A stretch of DNA of 64,000 nt from an uncultured delta proteobacterium (GTDB taxonomy: Bacteria; Desulfobacterota; Binatia; UBA9968), in the NCBI GenBank assembly GCA_963737905.1, contig CAVTUQ010000002.1, positions 32,001 to 96,000 of the forward strand, in the 5' to 3' direction. The notes under the pieces are model-generated. The model was not told the origin of the DNA. It ran no database searches and worked only from the letters and a program-made list of their open reading frames with translations. Made by a program: the position numbers and the translations under genes. Each line of letters starts with the position of its first letter. Within the stretch, counting starts at the first letter, position 1. Shown piece by piece: positions 55,784 through 64,000 of this stretch.

Positions 55784-57250
55784 TTACTGCGGTTCAGACA
55801 CGCGAATGGCGCTCAGCGCCGCGCCGACGAAACAAAGCACCGCTGCTATCAGATACGCGTAATGAAAGCCCTGCAGGAAAGCGGTAAGCACCGATTCTCC
55901 ATTTTTCGTTGCCAGATCTCCCCCAAGATTTTCCAGCGAACTGCGCCCTGTTGCCGCTATCAGTTGCGCGCTAACGACGGTTGCCGCCAGGGCTGCTCCA
56001 ACCGCGTTGCCGAGGCTGCGAATGATCGACAAGAAAGACGATCCGACTCCCAAGCGGTGGCGTGGAACTGAGCTCATCAACAAGTTGTTGTTCGGGGTTT
56101 GAAAAAGACCCATGCCAAACCCCAGAACACTTAGCCAAAAAATGACCGCAAACGAGGTCGTTTCCACCGAGAGCAGGCTTAAGAAAAGAAAAGCAACAGC
56201 ATTGACTATCAACCCCAGGCTACAGAGACGCTCGGGTATGAACCTTTCCGACATCCAGCCGGTAAGCGGAGCCAGTAATGCCATCGCAAAAGGCGTCGGC
56301 ACCACGAGAAAACCAGCATGCAGTGGATCCAATCGCATCCCGAGTTGAAGAAAGAAGGGCATCAGCAACACATGGATGCTCATGGTGACAAAGCTGATCC
56401 ATCGGGCGGTGTTTCCCAACGTAAACGCTGGGATCCGGAAGAGCGTCAGATCGAGAAGTGGAAAACACGCACGCCCTTCCAACCGAACAAATAAAACGAG
56501 CACGATAATTCCTGCAAGAAACTCCATGCCGACTAGCGCGCTTCGCCAGGTCCCTTTTTGAGCCGTAGCCAGCGCGAGCAAAAGCAAAGAGATACCGAGC
56601 GCGAACGTAATCGTGCCAAGAAAATCGAAAGGCTCTTTTCTCCGCGATGAGCCTGTGAAACTTTCCGGTGGCAACAAATAGCGGGCGGCAACCAAACCCA
56701 TGAATGCCAGCGCCGCAGATAGATACAAATTTGAACGCCACCCGAAGGCGTAGGTAAGCATTCCGCCGAGCACCGGGCCCAGCGTATAGCCAAGGGCCGA
56801 CACCGTTCCGCCTGATATCCCCATGGCCCGTCCCCGTTCTTCCGGCGGAAACAAAGCCGTCACCAGCGCGAAATTGTTAGCCATGATAAGCGCGCTGCCG
56901 GCGGCCTGGAACGCCCGAAACAAGATCAATTGCTCGGCACTCTGAGACCATCCCGCAGCCAAAGCACTGGCCGCATAGAGAACAAACCCGGCACTGAATA
57001 CCTTGCCGATTCCGACAAGATCCGACAATCTTCCGCAGGGTAAATACAGAGAGGACGTGATCAGCGCATAAACCAGGGCTATCCAACTCGCTAATGTCAA
57101 ATCTGCGTTGAATTCGCTGATGATCACCGGAAGCGCGATGCTCAGCTGTCCGCTATCGGCGGTAACCAGCAGAGTCGCGAGGGACGCGACGGACAACGAC
57201 AGCCAACGTTTGCGGCGGGGCAACGGAGATTGGTCTTGCGATAAAGTCAT
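55784..57250 (-). CDS. MFS transporter, DHA2 (14-TM) type
   Basis: GRLSDLVG, FPPEERGRAMG, LGPVLGG, FQTPNN. Confidence 0.9.
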   Translation of the reverse strand: MTLSQDQSPLPRRKRWLSLSVASLATLLVTADSGQLSIALPVIISEFNADLTLASWIALVYALITSSLYLPCGRLSDLVGIGKVFSAGFVLYAASALAAGWSQSAEQLILFRAFQAAGSALIMANNFALVTALFPPEERGRAMGISGGTVSALGYTLGPVLGGMLTYAFGWRSNLYLSAALAFMGLVAARYLLPPESFTGSSRRKEPFDFLGTITFALGISLLLLALATAQKGTWRSALVGMEFLAGIIVLVLFVRLEGRACFPLLDLTLFRIPAFTLGNTARWISFVTMSIHVLLMPFFLQLGMRLDPLHAGFLVVPTPFAMALLAPLTGWMSERFIPERLCSLGLIVNAVAFLFLSLLSVETTSFAVIFWLSVLGFGMGLFQTPNNNLLMSSVPRHRLGVGSSFLSIIRSLGNAVGAALAATVVSAQLIAATGRSSLENLGGDLATKNGESVLTAFLQGFHYAYLIAAVLCFVGAALSAIRVSEPQ

Positions 57251-57259
57251 GGGGTGGCG

Positions 57260-57339
57260 GTTCAAGGTTCAACGCTAATGCAGTCGGGTGCCTCTGCATT
57301 CTTTGACCAACTTTGACCCTTAAACCTTGAGCTTTGAAC
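57260..57339. repeat. Second inverted GTTCAAG/CTTGAAC heptamer array
   Basis: gttcaag-gttcaac ... tttgacc-cttaaac-cttgagc-tttgaac. Confidence 0.65.
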
Positions 57340-57342
57340 TCT

Positions 57343-58140
57343 CTACTTGATGACCGGCCAGCGGCGCCCCTTCTTCTTAATGATCTGCAGAGACACCCCG
57401 TACAGTTCCCGCAAGAGATCTGGTTTCAGCGCAGCGCGCGTCGCGCCGGCGTAAAGCACCTTGCCGTCTTTCAGGATCAAGGTCTTGCCAAACAACGGCA
57501 GAATTTCCTCAACGTGGTGGGTTACGTAGATCAGCGATGGTATTATTTTCTGCTTTCCCACCGCCTGTAATGTTGCGAGAAAATTCTCCCGCGCGCCCGG
57601 ATCCATTCCGGCGCAGGGCTCGTCCAGGACAATGAGATACGGCTTGGTCATCCGCGCTCGCGCAATCAGAACTTTTTGTTGTTCTCCTTGGGACAATACA
57701 CCGAATTCTTCATTACCGAGATCACCGCAGCCCATCTGCGCCAAGTATTTTTCTGCAAGAAAATAATCTCCTCGACTCGCCTCGCCGCCGAATTTTTCCA
57801 AATAGCCAATCTGAGCGAATTTTCCGGACACGACGGTGCGAATGACTTTTTCTCCGGCGGGAATTTGCGACGGTAAGATCGACGTTACCCACCCGATACT
57901 TTTCCTTAACTCGGGAAGATTGATCAGTACCCTCCCTTTTCGGAGGACCTCCCCACCCGCATTGGGCCAAAGATAGCCACAGGCAATTCTCAACAACGTA
58001 GTCTTGCCGGAGCCATTGGGTCCTAAAATCGCCCAATGATCGCCCGGTTCCACCGTCCAGTTAATGGAGTGGAGAATGGGCTTACCGTTCCCAACGTAGG
58101 AGACGTTGCGAAGTTCAAGCGCGGGGGTTCGCGAAGCCAT
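57343..58140 (-). CDS. ABC ATP-binding protein (YlmA/ModF-like)
   Basis: HWAILGPNGSGKTT, LSQGEQQK, LDEPCAGMD, VTHHVEEI. Confidence 0.88.
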   Translation of the reverse strand: MASRTPALELRNVSYVGNGKPILHSINWTVEPGDHWAILGPNGSGKTTLLRIACGYLWPNAGGEVLRKGRVLINLPELRKSIGWVTSILPSQIPAGEKVIRTVVSGKFAQIGYLEKFGGEASRGDYFLAEKYLAQMGCGDLGNEEFGVLSQGEQQKVLIARARMTKPYLIVLDEPCAGMDPGARENFLATLQAVGKQKIIPSLIYVTHHVEEILPLFGKTLILKDGKVLYAGATRAALKPDLLRELYGVSLQIIKKKGRRWPVIK

Positions 58141-58184
58141 CGAGAATTGGCGTGCTGGAGTGTTACTCCATCACTCCATTCACT

Positions 58185-59180
58185 CTACTGCTTGAACCGC
58201 GTGAAGACCTGCTCGGCGTTCTTGTGAAAAATCTGTTCCTTCTGGTCCGCTGTTAGCCAAGAAATGCTTTCGATATTCGGCCGCACGTCGTCGTACCACT
58301 TGCCGGTGCGAGGATCGGTCTTGGAACCCGCCCCCGGACGCTCTGTGCCGAACAAGCAGCGAGCCGGCCCAACGATTCGGAAAAGCAGCTTCAAGGACTC
58401 AACATTGTAAAGCGCCGTATCGAAGTAGAGTTGTTGCAACTGCTGGTCGAAGTTCTCCGTATCGTTGGGGCCGCGCAACTGCGAGCGCCACCTGCCGACC
58501 TGGTACGGCACCGAGCCGCCGCCATGGGAGATGATGAGTCTTAGCTTGGGAAAGTCTTGAAACACTTTCGAATCGATCAGAGACAAGATCGCGATGCTTT
58601 CCTCGGTAATAAAGTGACCGTGGAAAGACTCCCGCGGATTCTTGCAGCTCGCCGCGTGAATAAGTGCCGGAATATCCATCTTCACCATCTTCTCATAAAG
58701 CGGATACCAGTATTCATTGCCCATCGCCGGCGTCTGCCCATCGCCTTCCCCCGGATCCGGGTTGATCATGATGCCGACAAATCCGAGATCGTTGATGCAA
58801 CGATCGATCTCGTCAAAGGTATTGTGTACGCCTACCCCGGCGTTTTGCGGCAAACCGCCGATTGCGCGAAACTTCTTCGGCTCCATTTTAACCTGCAACG
58901 CCAGCGCGTCATTCACCGCTTGACAATACCAGTGCACGATCTTCTCAGGTTTCGCCGAGTGCATCATGGTATAGGGCCGCGGCGAGATAAATGCGAAGTC
59001 CGTCCCGACTTGATCCAGGACTTCCGAATGCTTGTGGCCACGCCACTTCGCTCGTTGAATATTTTCCTCCGTCACGACAGTGCCGCCGGGGCGATGGAAC
59101 CCCGCGCTATTGATCAAACCCGCCTGGAAGGTTTGGAGTTGCTCGCCCGCGACGATATGGTTGTGAATATCGATAATCAT
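58185..59180 (-). CDS. Amidohydrolase-family meta-cleavage product hydrolase, LigY-like
   Basis: MIIDIHNH, ISPRPYTMMHSAKP..VHW, NPDP, YWYPLYEK, SHGGG, YFDT, CLFGTERPG..DP.TG; resembles Sphingobium LigY as I recall it. Confidence 0.8.
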   Translation of the reverse strand: MIIDIHNHIVAGEQLQTFQAGLINSAGFHRPGGTVVTEENIQRAKWRGHKHSEVLDQVGTDFAFISPRPYTMMHSAKPEKIVHWYCQAVNDALALQVKMEPKKFRAIGGLPQNAGVGVHNTFDEIDRCINDLGFVGIMINPDPGEGDGQTPAMGNEYWYPLYEKMVKMDIPALIHAASCKNPRESFHGHFITEESIAILSLIDSKVFQDFPKLRLIISHGGGSVPYQVGRWRSQLRGPNDTENFDQQLQQLYFDTALYNVESLKLLFRIVGPARCLFGTERPGAGSKTDPRTGKWYDDVRPNIESISWLTADQKEQIFHKNAEQVFTRFKQ

Positions 59181-59238
59181 GTTTCAATCCTTTCCCCGTG
59201 GATTGGTTTCGAACCTATCAGACTGGCGGCCCGCTTTG

Positions 59239-60573
59239 TCAAGCCGCAGTTTTGCTCGGCTTGAGTTCATTTGTCATCAACGGTTTTTGTGGCGCCTGCA
59301 GCATGAGACTTAGAAATGCCGACGTAATCAAGGCACAACCAAAAATGATAAACGAAAGACCGTAACCGTGGGTAAGATCGAAAAGGAAACCAAAAAAAGG
59401 CGGCCCTGCGGCCGCCAACCCCTGAGAGATAAGGATGCCCAAACCTCGCACTCTGCCCAGGGAGCGGCGACCAAAGTAATTCGCCCAGAGAATCTCTGGC
59501 AAAACCATGTTGCCCCCTAAACCGATGCCATAGAGAAAGAATCCCGCATAGAGACAGAAAAGATTTTTCGTCGAAATGGCCAATCCCAAACCGATCGCTT
59601 GGATAACGAATCTGAGCATGGCCGCAACGCGAACATCCATGCGCTCGGCCAGAATCCCCCATGGAAGGGGCGAAGCGAGCTGCATGGAAGCAATGACGCT
59701 CATAACGGTAGCGGCGATGACCGGCGGATGACCGAGGTCGGTAACATAAGGGTAGACGTGCAGATTGAGGCCCGTGACTCCCATACTGGCGATACCAAAC
59801 GTCACCACCAGTAACCAGAAGGTCGGCGTCCGCATCGCTTCTCCGCGCGTCCAAAGCAAATTCTGATCCGCGATCTGATCCGATGCGGGTCTTTTCGGCT
59901 TTGCGGAACTCTCGCCGGAAGCAACCGATTCTCGGACTCCGTCAGGCAATAGACCCATTTCTTCAGGCGAACGCCTGATGATAGCCAGCACAGGGCCGAC
60001 CCCAAGGACCACGGCCACCAAACCGAATACCATCCAGGTTTGACGCCATCCCAGCCAGACGATGAGCGAGGCCGCAACGATCGGCATGCACACTTTGGCA
60101 AAACCGATGCCCATGCTCGAGAAGGCGAGGGCACGCCCACGTAGGCGCAAAAACCACTGGGCAATGACGATATTGACGACCATGGAGCCCATCATTGCGT
60201 CGCCCAGGGTCACAAACGTCAATCGCACCACAACAAATTGCGTAAAGCTTTCTACCTGACCAAGCAACAGATAACCGACACCTACGATAACCGCGCCGAT
60301 CGCAAGCAACCAACGCCCGCCATAACGGTCGACGAGTTGCCCTACCAGAGGCGCAACGCCAGCCCCGATCAAGCCTTCACCGGATCGAACCAATGAAAAC
60401 ACGCCGCGAGAAACACCAAGATCTGCAGTCAGTGGCTTGAGGAAAATGCTAAGGGTGCTGGCAAGCGCAAACGCAGACGCGACATTGGCGAAAAAGCCGG
60501 CACCGACGATGTACCAGCCGTAGAAGATTTTCCGGTTGCCCGTGCGAGCTGCCGCCTCCGCCGTCGATGCCAC
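59239..60573 (-). CDS. MFS transporter (OFA/MCT-like)
   Basis: IFYGWYIV, LVDRYGGR, WFLRLRGRA, GWRQ, YFGRRSLG. Confidence 0.9.
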   Translation of the reverse strand: MASTAEAAARTGNRKIFYGWYIVGAGFFANVASAFALASTLSIFLKPLTADLGVSRGVFSLVRSGEGLIGAGVAPLVGQLVDRYGGRWLLAIGAVIVGVGYLLLGQVESFTQFVVVRLTFVTLGDAMMGSMVVNIVIAQWFLRLRGRALAFSSMGIGFAKVCMPIVAASLIVWLGWRQTWMVFGLVAVVLGVGPVLAIIRRSPEEMGLLPDGVRESVASGESSAKPKRPASDQIADQNLLWTRGEAMRTPTFWLLVVTFGIASMGVTGLNLHVYPYVTDLGHPPVIAATVMSVIASMQLASPLPWGILAERMDVRVAAMLRFVIQAIGLGLAISTKNLFCLYAGFFLYGIGLGGNMVLPEILWANYFGRRSLGRVRGLGILISQGLAAAGPPFFGFLFDLTHGYGLSFIIFGCALITSAFLSLMLQAPQKPLMTNELKPSKTAA

Positions 60574-60655
60574 TGATATGCATTAGCAGGGATCGATGGC
60601 TGTGTGCAATGGAATGCACGCATCGACGAGGTACAAAGGAGACGACATGCTCGCA

Positions 60656-61432
60656 TTATCGAGCCGAGCGGCTAGGATCTATGCGGTTTTGTTGCTTCGC
60701 ACCGAGGTCGGATTTTTTGGCCTCGATCAGCTTTTTCAAATTTTCGATTCGTTCCTCGCCGCCCGGATGACTGCTCAAAAAAGGTACCTTCAATCCTCCA
60801 GGCAGCCGGAGCATCTTTTCCTGAAGCCGAACCGCGCCCTGAGGATCAAATCCATTCGCCAGCATATACTCGATGCTCGCCGCATCAGCTTCCCGTTCGT
60901 CGTCCCGGCTATAGGAGGCTTCGATCAAATCGGCGCTCAGTCCGGTGATCACACCCGCAGCCGGAATACCGGCCACGCCAAGACCGACTCCCACCATAGT
61001 GCCGATTCCTTGAATCGTGCTCGAGCGTGTCTTGCTCGCATCCACGTGTCCCTTTGCCCAGTGCGCGGCTTCGTGGCCCAACAGGGCAGCGAACTCATCA
61101 ACGTTCTCGCCGATGAGTTTAACCATCGCGATATTTACGGCGATCATAGGGCGGTCGTTTATAAATCCCGCGAAAGCGTTCGGATCTTCCCCTTCGACAA
61201 TAAACAGTTCGGCCTGGATGCCGGCACTGCGGGCGATGCGAAAGTGCGCCAGCAGCAACCTCTGAACCGTCTGCCTTCTCATCTTTAGAAGAACCGTCTC
61301 GCCGGGACCGTAAAGCGTGACGGTGGAAGTCGGCGCCACGGCCATCTCGCGCACGCGCCAGCTGAAATCACCTCTTGGCGTCGAGCAACCGGCTACGACT
61401 ACCAGCAGCAATATAAAAGCAAACAGGCTCAT
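60656..61432 (-). CDS. M48 family metallopeptidase lipoprotein
   Basis: VAGC lipobox, PNAFA, HEAAH, EREAD, FLSSHP; ORF track extends to 61480. Confidence 0.88.
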   Translation of the reverse strand: MSLFAFILLLVVVAGCSTPRGDFSWRVREMAVAPTSTVTLYGPGETVLLKMRRQTVQRLLLAHFRIARSAGIQAELFIVEGEDPNAFAGFINDRPMIAVNIAMVKLIGENVDEFAALLGHEAAHWAKGHVDASKTRSSTIQGIGTMVGVGLGVAGIPAAGVITGLSADLIEASYSRDDEREADAASIEYMLANGFDPQGAVRLQEKMLRLPGGLKVPFLSSHPGGEERIENLKKLIEAKKSDLGAKQQNRIDPSRSAR

Positions 61433-61546
61433 AAGGAAAATTTTGAATGTCCTATTATGGACGCGAAAGAAATCCGTCAAGACTGGCAGCGGTCACCCTT
61501 TTGCTGTAGCTTTTTACGTAGCAGTGAGTCTAGCAGTGGAGGTCCT

Positions 61547-62266
61547 ATGAGAAAATCCGTCGCGCTGTTGGCCATGCTGGTCATCTTGCCGAGTGTCGCT
61601 TCAGCCCAGCAAACCGAAAGACGACCCAACCTGCCGTCAGTTACGGCCAATGGCGAAGCCGTCATTAACGTGGAACCGGACCAGGCGCAGATCGATATCG
61701 GGGTCGTTACCCAGGCAAGGAACGCCCCCGACGCAGCCAAAGAGAATGCCGAGAAACTCGCCCGCGTGATGAGCGAAGTCAAAAAGCTTCTCGGCAAAGG
61801 TGACGAAATCAAAACCGCCAATTACTCACTCAATCCCAATTACCGTTATCCTCAGGGCGGCAAACCGGAGATCGTCGGTTACACGGCAACCAATGTGCTT
61901 CACATTAAAACCGGCGCTTTGGAAAACGTCGGCAAGCTCATCGACGTCGCGATGCAGTCTGGAGCGAATACGATTCAACGCCTGGTCTTTACATTGAAGG
62001 ACGAACACAGCGCCCAACTCCAAGCTTTGCGTCTCGCCTCCACCAAGGCCAAAGCAAAAGTCGAGGAAATGGCCAATGCCCTCGGCCTCGAAATCATCAA
62101 GATCCTCTCCGTCACCGAAGGTGAACGCGGAGTTCGACCGATCATTATGCCCCAGCCGCGCGTAACGCAAATGGAGGCTGCGGCCGCAGCTCCCACCCCG
62201 GTGGAGGCCGGCAATATCGAGGTACGGTCGTCGGTAACCCTCACGGCAGAGGTCGGACCAAAATAA
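61547..62266 (+). CDS. SIMPL / DUF541 periplasmic protein
   Basis: GGAGG RBS; signal peptide; GEAVINVEPDQAQI, YSLNPNY, GAN. Confidence 0.9.
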   Translation: MRKSVALLAMLVILPSVASAQQTERRPNLPSVTANGEAVINVEPDQAQIDIGVVTQARNAPDAAKENAEKLARVMSEVKKLLGKGDEIKTANYSLNPNYRYPQGGKPEIVGYTATNVLHIKTGALENVGKLIDVAMQSGANTIQRLVFTLKDEHSAQLQALRLASTKAKAKVEEMANALGLEIIKILSVTEGERGVRPIIMPQPRVTQMEAAAAAPTPVEAGNIEVRSSVTLTAEVGPK

Positions 62267-62299
62267 TTCGCTGCACCACTCCATTGCTCCAATTGCTCT

Positions 62300-63181
62300 T
62301 TATCCCTCAAACTTTCCCGGATCCACGTAATAGTGTTTATAGTACCACTCTGCAATTTCCCAACCCGTCGTGCGCCATACGCCATCGTGGGAACAGATGT
62401 AATCCAAAGCCTTTTCCAGATACTTGATCCGATAGGGCATGCCGATGACAAACGGATGAAGCGGAAGACAAAGAACCCTGCCGCCTGTCGCGCTGTCCCG
62501 ATAGAGTGTGTCAAAGTGGTCACAAACCATCCGGTAGTACTGCTCCGGTGTGTGGCTCTCGCGGATGAAGACACGGATATCGTTGACGCCCAACTCGTAG
62601 GGGACAACGACCATGCGGCCGTTTTTAACCCGCATCGGCACCGGCTGTTCGTCGCAACCCCAATCGCAGACATACTCGAAGCCTTCGGCCGCGAGGTGAT
62701 CCGGCGTGTTGAAGGTCTCGCCCAAGCCCGGGCCGAGCCAACCCTTCGGCGCCTTGCCTGTCGCCGACGTAATCAGTTCTTTGACTTTCCGAATCACCTT
62801 TCGCTCTTCTTCCGCCGGATAATCGAGCATAGAAATGCTGTTGGTCATGCCGTGGCCCAGCCACTCCCACTGCCGCTTGTTGCCCTCTTCGATAATCGGC
62901 GGATGTTGCTCGCACACCTCGGCATTAAGAAGCACGCTGGCGCGAATGCTGTATTTGTCGAGCACGTCCATAATGCGAAAAACGCCGACCCGCGATCCAT
63001 AGTCGCGTAACGTGTAGCCCGGTACGTCCGGTGCGTGATTGCTTCCCGATCCGCGGATCGGCATGTCGAAATGAAAATACTCGATATTGGGCGCCACCCA
63101 TAGCGCAATGCGCCCGTCGTTGGGCCAGACAATTTTCTTGCGTTTCGTGATGGGAAGATAGTCGTAACGAGGATTGTTCAT
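62300..63181 (-). CDS. Polysaccharide deacetylase family (PuuE-like)
   Basis: RDYGSRVG.FR, WEWLGHG, GWLGPG, DEQP, LHPFVIG. Confidence 0.88.
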   Translation of the reverse strand: MNNPRYDYLPITKRKKIVWPNDGRIALWVAPNIEYFHFDMPIRGSGSNHAPDVPGYTLRDYGSRVGVFRIMDVLDKYSIRASVLLNAEVCEQHPPIIEEGNKRQWEWLGHGMTNSISMLDYPAEEERKVIRKVKELITSATGKAPKGWLGPGLGETFNTPDHLAAEGFEYVCDWGCDEQPVPMRVKNGRMVVVPYELGVNDIRVFIRESHTPEQYYRMVCDHFDTLYRDSATGGRVLCLPLHPFVIGMPYRIKYLEKALDYICSHDGVWRTTGWEIAEWYYKHYYVDPGKFEG

Positions 63182-63260
63182 CGGCTTTTCCTCCTGTTTA
63201 ACTTGCGAAATAACAATAACTTAACCTAATCCAGCGCTGAAAGATGCGTCAAGCACAGAA

Positions 63261-63290
63261 AGGCCCGGCTGGGGAAAACCAGCCGGGCCT
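63261..63290 (-). terminator. Hairpin terminator downstream of tpx
   Basis: AGGCCCGGCTGG / CCAGCCGGGCCT 12-bp stem with a short T tail on the minus strand. Confidence 0.7.
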
Positions 63291-63323
63291 CGTGATATCA
63301 TCAGCGTTGAACCGAGAATAGTT

Positions 63324-63387
63324 AACCACAAAGAACTCAAAGAAAGTATTCTCTGAGGACCCTACGCCCTTTGCGTTTTTTGCGGCC
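63324..63387. repeat. Imperfect AACCACAAAGAAC.CAAAG / CTTTG.G.T.TTTG.GG palindromic element
   Basis: aaccacaaagaactcaaag ... ctttgcgttttttgcggcc. Confidence 0.6.
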
Positions 63388-63401
63388 AAAACTGCTTAAA
63401 G

Positions 63402-63905
63402 CTATTTCGCTGCGGCGAGTGCGGCATCGTAATTGGGGTGATCACCGATGCTGCCTACGTATTCCACGTGTTTGAGTTTATTATCCGGTCCGATGACAAA
63501 CACCGCGCGGGCGAGAACACGATCAAGCGGTCCGCCGGAGATCAAGACCCCGTAATTCTTACCGAAAGAAGCGTCGCGATGATCGCTCGCGGTCACCACT
63601 TTATCGACGTTCGCAGCGCCGCACCAGCGTTTCTGCGCGAATGGCAAGTCCATGCTGATGCAGACAATCTCGACGTTGGAGAGCTTGCTGGCTTCCTCGT
63701 TGAATCGCTTCGTTTCCAGGTCGCACACGGGGGTGTCGAGGGAAGGCACCGTGGCAATAATCCGGGTCTTCCCGCCCGCGCTGGCCAACGTATAGTCGCT
63801 CATATCCGCGCTTTTCTGAACCTTGAAGTCCGGCGCCGCCTGTCCGACCTTCACTTCATTGCCCAAGAGTGTTACCGGGCTACCTTTAAACGTAACTGTC
63901 GCCAT
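63402..63905 (-). CDS. tpx: Thiol peroxidase (atypical 2-Cys peroxiredoxin)
   Basis: VTFKG, VPSLDTPVC, SMDLPFAQKRWC, ARAVFV, PNYDAAL. Confidence 0.95.
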   Translation of the reverse strand: MATVTFKGSPVTLLGNEVKVGQAAPDFKVQKSADMSDYTLASAGGKTRIIATVPSLDTPVCDLETKRFNEEASKLSNVEIVCISMDLPFAQKRWCGAANVDKVVTASDHRDASFGKNYGVLISGGPLDRVLARAVFVIGPDNKLKHVEYVGSIGDHPNYDAALAAAK

Positions 63906-64000
63906 AAATGTTCCTCCAGTTTTAAAATTATTGACGCACGCAAGAATAAAAAAGTCCGAGGCTTCGATTGCACTCAATCGCCTCGTACTAGTCGGCCTAT

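Overview
A GC-rich (roughly 55-60% by eye) bacterial chromosomal segment, probably from a metagenome-assembled deltaproteobacterium-like lineage. The many tandem ABC substrate-binding proteins suggest Binatia/Desulfobacterota_B, which is an inference. From left to right: the start of the dcw cluster (murE partial, ftsI, ftsL, rsmH, an inserted STAS gene, mraZ) with its promoter and MraZ boxes; RNase P RNA with RNase HI and C4 zinc-ribbon genes; an M48 peptidase, an FAD oxidoreductase, mgtE and a rhomboid protease; livHMGF; a YihY-wHTH protein; an Fe3+-type ABC permease with three SBPs; a VOC gene with a lone molybdenum hydroxylase large subunit and a collapsed gene remnant; three SsuA/NMT1 SBPs; an acetate locus (acs, actP, DUF4212, CBS-DUF294) interrupted by a CCR4/nocturnin-like EEP enzyme and DUF1646; a sigma54-preceded protealysin-emfourin operon; an FNR-like reductase; a Rieske / split cytochrome b / octaheme cytochrome c / cupredoxin-like respiratory operon; ispF; MFS and ABC transporters; a LigY-like hydrolase; SIMPL; a deacetylase; tpx. 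Several single-base frameshifts (livF, one SBP, acs, protealysin, emfourin) look like long-read indel errors. No CRISPR array, tRNA, rRNA, transposase or prophage was seen. Best candidates for something new: the octaheme/blue-copper bc complex, the CCR4-like enzyme beside a DUF294 nucleotidyltransferase, several families of short palindromic repeats (two read in frame inside proteins), the atypical STAS gene in the dcw operon, and a terminator-bearing leader upstream of the zinc-ribbon/RNase H/rnpB unit.
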